Shown here: positions 58,258-64,000 of the stretch, in pieces | Numbering within the stretch: the first letter of the stretch is position 1 | How the letters are laid out: each line of letters starts with the position of its first letter | Assembly: GCA_012728435.1 (NCBI GenBank) | Contig: JAAYFC010000053.1 | Coordinates: 1,662 to 65,661 of the forward strand | Reading direction: 5' to 3' | Length of the DNA: 64,000 nt | DNA from: Clostridiales bacterium | Lineage (GTDB): Bacteria; Bacillota; Clostridia; Christensenellales; Aristaeellaceae | Notes under the pieces: generated by a model | Databases searched by the model: none | What the model was told of the DNA's origin: nothing | Seen by the model: the letters and a program-made list of their open reading frames with translations, nothing else | Made by a program: the position numbers and the translations under genes

Positions 58258-58833
58258 TCAGATGTTGTGATGGTTGCTTTGTCGTTGTTCTTGCAGTTTT
58301 AGAAAGCTTTCCCGGGTCAGCTCGTATTCCACGGCGTCCTGGGGGACACCCAACTGGTCGGTGAAGGCTTCCTCCACCACCCGCAGCCGGGTGGCGCCCA
58401 GGCTTTCGTAGACATGCTGGGCCCTGGTGTTGGTCAGGTTGGTGTCCCAGAAGATGCAGTGGATGGGCATTTTGGTGTTCAATGCTTTATCCAGGAAGAG
58501 GTATTCAAAGGTCATCCAGATAATCTGTCTGCCATAGCCCTTGTTTTGATAGCGGGTTTCGCAGATTTTCCAGCCCGGTCTGGCCTCGTTTTGACCAATC
58601 TGGAAGCTGAGTTCACCCACCGGCACCCCGTCAATCAGGATGATGCACAGCTGGCTCAGCCTGCCCTCATTGGCGGCAAGCTGCTGGCGGGTCTGTTCCA
58701 TACTTTGCCCCAAGCCATTGGAAAAGCCGGCGTGTGCCATCACAGCGCCATCATTCCACCAGGCGTTCAGCATTGGCGCGTCCGCTTCCACGGCGCTTCT
58801 TATTTCGATGTTGTTTTTAATGATGATGACCAT
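58258..58833 (-). CDS. GNAT family N-acetyltransferase (RimJ/RimL-like)
   Basis: The protein is 191 aa and has the acetyl-CoA-binding core YQNKGYGRQII. Confidence 0.8.
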   Translation of the reverse strand: MVIIIKNNIEIRSAVEADAPMLNAWWNDGAVMAHAGFSNGLGQSMEQTRQQLAANEGRLSQLCIILIDGVPVGELSFQIGQNEARPGWKICETRYQNKGYGRQIIWMTFEYLFLDKALNTKMPIHCIFWDTNLTNTRAQHVYESLGATRLRVVEEAFTDQLGVPQDAVEYELTRESFLKLQEQRQSNHHNI

Positions 58834-58845
58834 ATCTACGCCTAT

Positions 58846-58868
58846 AAAAAAGACCAGGGAACCCCTGG
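58846..58868 (-). terminator. Intrinsic terminator after the HPr-like gene
   Basis: On the minus strand: CCAGGG-GTT-CCCTGG followed by TTTTTT. Confidence 0.65.
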
Positions 58869-58890
58869 CCTTTACCTGATCACGTAAACC

Positions 58891-59118
58891 TCACACCACA
58901 AAGGCTTTGAGGTCATCAAGCAGGTCATCACAGTCGTCAGAGTAGATCTCCAGCGTGATGGGCTTGCTTAAGTCCAGGGAGAAAATGCCAAGGATGGACT
59001 TCGCGTCCACCACGTGGCGGCCTGCGCGCAGGTCCATGTCATAGTCATAACGGTTGGCGACGTTGACGAAGGTTTTTACTTCCTCAGCGAAACTCAATTT
59101 GATCGGGACTGATTTCAT
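58891..59118 (-). CDS. HPr-like small protein lacking the His15 active-site segment
   Basis: The protein is 75 aa. HVVDAKSILGIFSLDLSKPITLEIYSDDCDDLLDDLKAF aligns with the HPr region around Ser46 ([10 protein letters not shown]...). There is no GIHARP motif. GGAGG lies upstream. Confidence 0.55.
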   Translation of the reverse strand: MKSVPIKLSFAEEVKTFVNVANRYDYDMDLRAGRHVVDAKSILGIFSLDLSKPITLEIYSDDCDDLLDDLKAFVV

Positions 59119-59231
59119 CTATTGTTACCTCCATTTAATTCTGTCCACAGTATACATGGCTTGGCGGCCCTGTTCAAGTAAATTCTGGATGTTCTGGCCG
59201 ATTATCGGCGTTTTTTACCAGTTGTTGATAT

Positions 59232-60686
59232 TTAGGCCTGCCCAAGCTGGTCCATCGCGCTGCGCAGGCGCCTCAAGGCTTCCTCCCGCCCCAGCAGGTA
59301 AGCAATCTCAATCGCGCCGCCGGGGGTGGAGAGGAGGCCCGACAGTGCAATGCGCAGCGGCCACAGCACGGTGCCATTCTTCATGCTGGCTTCCTTGATC
59401 CCGGAAATCAGGGCTTCGTGGAGGTTTTCCTCCGTCCAGTCCCCAAGCCCCTCAAGCAACTTTTCTGCCAGGGCCAGCGCCTCTGATGCGCTCTCCAGGC
59501 TGGATTTCTGCTTTTTGTTGATGTACAGCTCCAGGTTAATAGCCGGGCGCTCGCGGAAGAAGTCAATCATCTCCGGTATGCGGTTAAATACCTCTGTCCT
59601 GCTTTGCATAAGTTCCGACAGCCTCTTCAGGTCCTTGATGCTGCCTCCCAGCGCTTGATCAAACCAGGGCTTGGCCATCTCAAAATAGGCTTCCGGCTCC
59701 ATGCGCCGGATGTATTCCGCGTTAAACCAGGTTAATTTGTTTGTGTCAAAAATGGCGGGGGATTTGGAGATGCCTTGGACGGTGAAAGCTTCAATCAGCT
59801 CATCCATCGTGAAGAACTCGCGCTCGTCCCCCGGGTTCCAACCCACCAGCGCAAGATAATTAATCAGCGCTTCGGTTAGGTAGCCCTTTTTGATAAAGTC
59901 GCTGTAATAGGCGTCCCCGTCACGCTTGGATAGCTTGTGCTTGCTGTCACGCATGACGGTGGGTAAATGGATGTACTGCGGGATATCAAAGCCCAGCGCC
60001 TTGTACAGCAGGTTGTACTTGGGTGTGCTGGAGAGGTATTCCATCCCGCGCATGACATGGGTAATCCCCATGGTGTGGTCATCAATCACGTTGGCGAAGT
60101 TGTAGGTGGGCATGCCATCCTGTTTGATGAGCACCATGTCATCCAGCGTGTCATTGGGGGCAGCGATGTGGCCGTAGACCAGGTCATCAAAGCTGCTGTC
60201 ACCCGTTGTTGGCGTATTTTGCCTGATGACACAGGGAAGCCCCGCATCCAGCTTCTGCTGGATTTTTTCAGGCGTCAGGTGCAGGCAGTGCTTGTCATAT
60301 TTCCAGGTGTCGCCCCGGGCCTCTACCGCTTCCCTGCGCTCCTGCAGCTCTTCCTTGGTGCAAAAGCAGTAGTAGGCGTGGCCGCAGTCAACCAACTGCT
60401 TCGCATAGGGCAGGTAGCTGTCCTTGCGCTCGGACTGGATATAGGGCGCCACGGGGCCGCCGATGTCCGGCCCTTCATCCCAGTGGATGCCGCAGCCGCG
60501 CAGCGTGTCATAGATGACATCCGTCGCGCCTTCTACATAGCGCTCCTGGTCGGTATCCTCAATGCGCAGAATGAACTTGCCGTCATGCTTCCTGGTAAAC
60601 AGGTAGCAGTACAAGGCGGTGCGCAGGCCGCCTAAGTGCATAAATCCGGTGGGGGAAGGGGCAAATCGGGTACGAACTTGGGTCAT
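59232..60686 (-). CDS. gltX: Glutamate--tRNA ligase
   Basis: It contains VRTRFAPSPTGFMHLGGLRTALY and the KMSKS-type motif KLSKRDG. The protein is 484 aa. Confidence 0.95.
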   Translation of the reverse strand: MTQVRTRFAPSPTGFMHLGGLRTALYCYLFTRKHDGKFILRIEDTDQERYVEGATDVIYDTLRGCGIHWDEGPDIGGPVAPYIQSERKDSYLPYAKQLVDCGHAYYCFCTKEELQERREAVEARGDTWKYDKHCLHLTPEKIQQKLDAGLPCVIRQNTPTTGDSSFDDLVYGHIAAPNDTLDDMVLIKQDGMPTYNFANVIDDHTMGITHVMRGMEYLSSTPKYNLLYKALGFDIPQYIHLPTVMRDSKHKLSKRDGDAYYSDFIKKGYLTEALINYLALVGWNPGDEREFFTMDELIEAFTVQGISKSPAIFDTNKLTWFNAEYIRRMEPEAYFEMAKPWFDQALGGSIKDLKRLSELMQSRTEVFNRIPEMIDFFRERPAINLELYINKKQKSSLESASEALALAEKLLEGLGDWTEENLHEALISGIKEASMKNGTVLWPLRIALSGLLSTPGGAIEIAYLLGREEALRRLRSAMDQLGQA

Positions 60687-60821
60687 GAATTCCTCTCTTT
60701 TGCTCCATGCGGGATCCCGGGATGGTATCCCGCACCAAGCATCGCAAATTAAATGTCATTTGGAAGTTTGAACCCTTTTTTGAAGAAAGGGTTTCAGGGC
60801 TCTCCTCCCTTCTGCCCGACC

Positions 60822-62519
60822 TTAGGGCCGGTAGCTGTCCTTTAAGGACACAACCAGGTTAAACACCGGCATCTCTTCAGTGGAATCACGGTCCTTGCAG
60901 AAGTAACCGGTGCGCATGAACTGGAAGGTATCGCCTGCTTCCGCGTCTTTTAAACTGGGCTCCATCAGGCCGTGCACCACCTTGAGGCTGTCGGGGTTGA
61001 GCCTGGAGATGAAGTCCTTCTTGTCCGTGCCGTCGTCCACGTCATCGGGATCTGCCAGCAGCGACTCATACAGCCGGGCCTCAAAGGGGACAGCTGTTGC
61101 TGCGTCCACCCAGTGCAGGGTGCCCTTCACCTTGCGGCGGGCGCCTTCGCTGCCGGAGCGGGTCTCAAAGTCCACGGTGCACACCAGGTGGTCGATGCTG
61201 CCGTCAGGCTGTTTAACAACTTCTTCGCACTTGATGATATAGGCACCCATCAGGCGCACTTCGCCGCCGGGCTTTAAGCGGAAGAACTTGCCAGGAGGGT
61301 TCTCCGAGAAATCTTCCTGTTCGATATAAATCTCCCGGCCCAGGCTGATGTGACGTGTGCCAAACTCCGGATGGTCCGGGTGGTTCACCATCTCCAGGGA
61401 GTCGGTCTTGCCCGCTTCCCAGTTGGACAGGACCACCTTTAAGGGGTTTTGCACGGCCATCACCCGGGGCGCCTTGCTGCCCAGGTCGTTGCGCACGCAA
61501 AACTCCAGCAGGCCCAGGTCCACCACGCTGTCGGCCTTGGCCAGGCCCACCCGGTCGATGAAATCCCGGATGGATTCGGGTGTATAGCCGCGGCGGCGCA
61601 TGGCGATGAGGGTGGGCATGCGCGGGTCATCCCAGCCGGTGACATAGCCTTCTTCCACCAGGCGGCGCAGGTAGCGCTTGCTCATGACGGTGCGGGTCAG
61701 GTTCAGCCTTGCAAACTCAATCTGCCGCGGGCCATATGTGATGTAGCCGTGCTTGTCCTTGTGCGGCTCACGGAAGCCTGCGTGCTCCACCGCCCAGTCA
61801 TACAGCGGGCGGTGATCCTCATACTCAAGCGAGCACAGGCTGTGGGTGATGCCTTCGATTGCGTCGCCCAGGGGGTGGGAGAAGTCGTACATCGGGTAGA
61901 TGCACCAGTCCTTCCCGGTGCGGTGATGTTCCAAATACAAAATGCGGTACATCACAGGGTCGCGCATGTTGATGTTGGGGGAGGCCATGTCAATCTTGCT
62001 GCGCAGTACATAGCTGCCTTCAGGGAACTCGCCGTTGCGCATGCGTCGGAAGAGGTCCAGGCTCTCCTCCGCCGGGCGGTCGCGGAAGGGGCTGTTGCGG
62101 CCCGGCTCCGTCAACGTGCCGCGGTATTCCCGGATTTGCTCCTGCGTCAGCTCGTCCACATAGGCCAGGCCTCTTTTGATAAAATCCTCCGCGATGTCGT
62201 AGCATTGCTGGTAATAATCGCTGGCGAAATACAGCCCGCCGTTCCATTCAAAGCCCAGCCAGCGGATGTCCTCCATGATGCCCTCGACGTATTCGGTTTC
62301 CTCCTTGGCGGGGTTGGTATCGTCAAACCGGAGGTTGCACAAGCCGCCATAGCGTTCCGCAGTCGCGAAATCCGCCACCAGCGCCTTGCAGTGGCCGATG
62401 TGCAAATAGCCGTTGGGCTCTGGCGGGAAGCGTGTGTGCACGCGCTGCACGCGGCCTTCCTGTAAGTCCTGGTCAATCGCGTCCCAGATAAAATTGGATT
62501 TTTCGCTTTCTATACTCAT
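60822..62519 (-). CDS. glnS: Glutamine--tRNA ligase
   Basis: The ATG at 62519 follows AAAGGG. It contains RFPPEPNGYLHIGH and VMSKR. The protein is ~565 aa. The ORF-track extension to 62615 overlaps the upstream gene. Confidence 0.95.
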   Translation of the reverse strand: MSIESEKSNFIWDAIDQDLQEGRVQRVHTRFPPEPNGYLHIGHCKALVADFATAERYGGLCNLRFDDTNPAKEETEYVEGIMEDIRWLGFEWNGGLYFASDYYQQCYDIAEDFIKRGLAYVDELTQEQIREYRGTLTEPGRNSPFRDRPAEESLDLFRRMRNGEFPEGSYVLRSKIDMASPNINMRDPVMYRILYLEHHRTGKDWCIYPMYDFSHPLGDAIEGITHSLCSLEYEDHRPLYDWAVEHAGFREPHKDKHGYITYGPRQIEFARLNLTRTVMSKRYLRRLVEEGYVTGWDDPRMPTLIAMRRRGYTPESIRDFIDRVGLAKADSVVDLGLLEFCVRNDLGSKAPRVMAVQNPLKVVLSNWEAGKTDSLEMVNHPDHPEFGTRHISLGREIYIEQEDFSENPPGKFFRLKPGGEVRLMGAYIIKCEEVVKQPDGSIDHLVCTVDFETRSGSEGARRKVKGTLHWVDAATAVPFEARLYESLLADPDDVDDGTDKKDFISRLNPDSLKVVHGLMEPSLKDAEAGDTFQFMRTGYFCKDRDSTEEMPVFNLVVSLKDSYRP

Positions 62520-62549
62520 CACATAAACGCCCTTTCTTGCTATACGCGT

Positions 62550-62578
62550 ATTATACAGAGGTTCCTTGATTGGGGCAA
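62550..62578 (-). promoter_or_regulatory. Putative sigma-A promoter of glnS
   Basis: On the minus strand: TTGCCC, a 17-nt spacer, and TATAAT. It leaves a leader of only ~25 nt. Confidence 0.5.
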
Positions 62579-62587
62579 GGAAACAGG

Positions 62588-63760
62588 CTATTTCATCACC
62601 CTCAGGATAACGCATTTCAGGTAATTGGTCTCTGGGGACGCGGGCAGCATGGGGTGGTCTTTGGCCGGCCCCCGCCAGTCCAGAATCTGGGTTAAGACCC
62701 GCGCGTCATTGGCAGCCTGCTTAAGCATATCCTGGAATAAGTGCGGCTGCATGGCCTGGGAGCAGGAGCAGGTGACCAGAATCCCGCCCGGTTCCAGCAT
62801 CTTCATCGCGCGCAGGTTGATTTCTTTATAGCCCTTCATGGCGCCGTGCAGGCTGGCTTTGTTCTTGGCAAAGGCGGGCGGATCCAGGATGATTAGATCA
62901 TAGCGCTCAAAGGCATCCGATTGCTCTCTCAAATAGTCAAAAGCGTTCGCTGCGACAAAGTGAATATTGTTAAAGCCGTTTACCTTCGCGTTGTTTTTCG
63001 CGCAGTCCAGTGCCGCATCAGAGATATCTACTGCTGTTACGTCCCTGGCGCCATAGTGTGCAGCGTGCAGCGCGAAGGAGCCTGTGTGCGTGCAGATATC
63101 CAGCACGCGCGCGTCCTTGCAAAAAGGCGCGATGGCGGCGCGGTTCTCACGCTGGTCTAAGAAGTATCCGGTCTTTTGGCCGCGCTTCACATCCACCAAA
63201 ATCCTCAGGCCATTTTCCGTCATTTCCACCTGTTCAGGCACATTGCCATACAAAAGGCCGGTGGATTGCTCCATGCCCTCCAGCTTGCGGACCGGCACAT
63301 CATTGCGCTCCCAAATGCCCCTGGGCTTCAGTTCTTCCGCCAGGGTGTCCACAATGTCCTGCAAAAAACGCGCCATGCCCAGGGAAAGGATTTGGAGGGA
63401 CAGCACATCCGCGTATTGGTCTACAATCACGGCGGGCAGGCCGTCGCTCTCCGCGTTGATTAAGCGGCAGGCGCCCAAAACACCCAGCTGGCGGCGCAGG
63501 CTGATGGCCTGGCGCACCCTGTCTTTGATAAAGGCCGCGTCAATCTCCGTCTCGCGGTCTGTCAGCACGCGCAGCATGATTTGGGAATGAGGGTTGTACA
63601 CCGCCATCCCAACCGGCCGGCCGCGCGCGGCGACCACTGTGACAATGTCACCCGGGCGCACATCCCGCTCAGCGCGGTCAATGTCGCTGGCGAACACCCA
63701 GGGGTGCCCCTCCAGCACGCGCCTTTCCTTGGTTGGTTTTAAAAAGACCCGTTTACTCAT
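62588..63760 (-). CDS. Class I SAM-dependent rRNA methyltransferase, RlmI/RlmK-like (PUA plus MTase)
   Basis: The N-terminal PUA-like segment is RVLEGHPWVFASDI. The SAM motif is VLDICTHTGSFALHAA, and IILDPPAF is present. Confidence 0.85.
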   Translation of the reverse strand: MSKRVFLKPTKERRVLEGHPWVFASDIDRAERDVRPGDIVTVVAARGRPVGMAVYNPHSQIMLRVLTDRETEIDAAFIKDRVRQAISLRRQLGVLGACRLINAESDGLPAVIVDQYADVLSLQILSLGMARFLQDIVDTLAEELKPRGIWERNDVPVRKLEGMEQSTGLLYGNVPEQVEMTENGLRILVDVKRGQKTGYFLDQRENRAAIAPFCKDARVLDICTHTGSFALHAAHYGARDVTAVDISDAALDCAKNNAKVNGFNNIHFVAANAFDYLREQSDAFERYDLIILDPPAFAKNKASLHGAMKGYKEINLRAMKMLEPGGILVTCSCSQAMQPHLFQDMLKQAANDARVLTQILDWRGPAKDHPMLPASPETNYLKCVILRVMK

Positions 63761-64000
63761 AAGCTTCTTCTTTCAAATCCATTTGGTTTTTGGGCGGGAT
63801 GTTGAGCAGGTAGTAGGAAAGAAAACCGGAGATAAGCGCGAAGCCCGCCACCGCGAAAAAGGCCGCGTTTAAGCCTTGGCTGTCAATCAGCACACCCATC
63901 AAGACAGGCCCCAGCGTCATGCCAATGCCGTACACCGCCTGGTAAAAACCCATGGCAACCGCGCGCAGCTCTTGTTTGATGTCACGCACGCTCTGGCCAA
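63753..64000 (-). CDS. MFS transporter, C-terminal part (5' end outside window)
   Basis: The frame is open to the window edge. The hydrophobic C-terminal helices are GFYQAVYGIGMTLGPVLMGVLID...AFFAVAGFALISGFL. Confidence 0.65.
   Translation of the reverse strand, partial: GQSVRDIKQELRAVAMGFYQAVYGIGMTLGPVLMGVLIDSQGLNAAFFAVAGFALISGFLSYYLLNIPPKNQMDLKEEAYE

Noticed and set aside
60687-60821. Possible T-box riboswitch upstream of gltX
   Set aside because: The leader is only ~135 nt. It has no specifier-loop / T-box sequence (AGGGTGGTACCGCG-like) and no terminator-antiterminator pair. It holds only two short hairpins.

Overview
This is a 64-kb chromosomal segment from a GC-rich, Gram-positive, Clostridia-like bacterium. 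The lineage call rests on a perfect CIRCE operator ahead of groES-groEL, a SpoVK-type AAA+ protein, DegV paralogs, ppdK, and AGGAGG-type ribosome-binding sites. All calls come from reading the ORF translations and the DNA by eye; no searches were run. About 55 protein genes are supported. I saw no rRNA, tRNA, CRISPR array, transposase or integrase.

Housekeeping genes:
- groES/groEL, ppdK, gltX, glnS, recO, mutY, zupT
- an RluF-like pseudouridine synthase, an RlmI-like methyltransferase, HtrA, and an SNF2 helicase

Accessory content:
- a 5'-truncated Cna-B repeat adhesin with no LPXTG anchor
- an AraR-type regulated ABC importer operon that ends in a PHP-family metallohydrolase and a GH38-like (DUF5054-like) protein
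- a PPK2 with a long charged tail
- a giant He_PIG-repeat surface protein that appears split by a -1 frame break and carries a C-terminal ABC_sub_bind-type solute-binding domain
- a fucA-fucI pair, and a ribose-type ABC transporter
- cell-wall proteins (SH3b, and Big_2+CHAP)
- a GNAT / GH130 / M19 dipeptidase cluster
- an HPr-like protein that lacks the His15 segment

Most interesting candidates:
1. The PHP + GH38-like glycan operon, which has no assigned pathway.
2. The fusion of a surface Ig-repeat protein to a periplasmic-binding-protein domain.

Many long ORFs on the opposite strand of real genes are codon-phase-aligned artefacts and were rejected.
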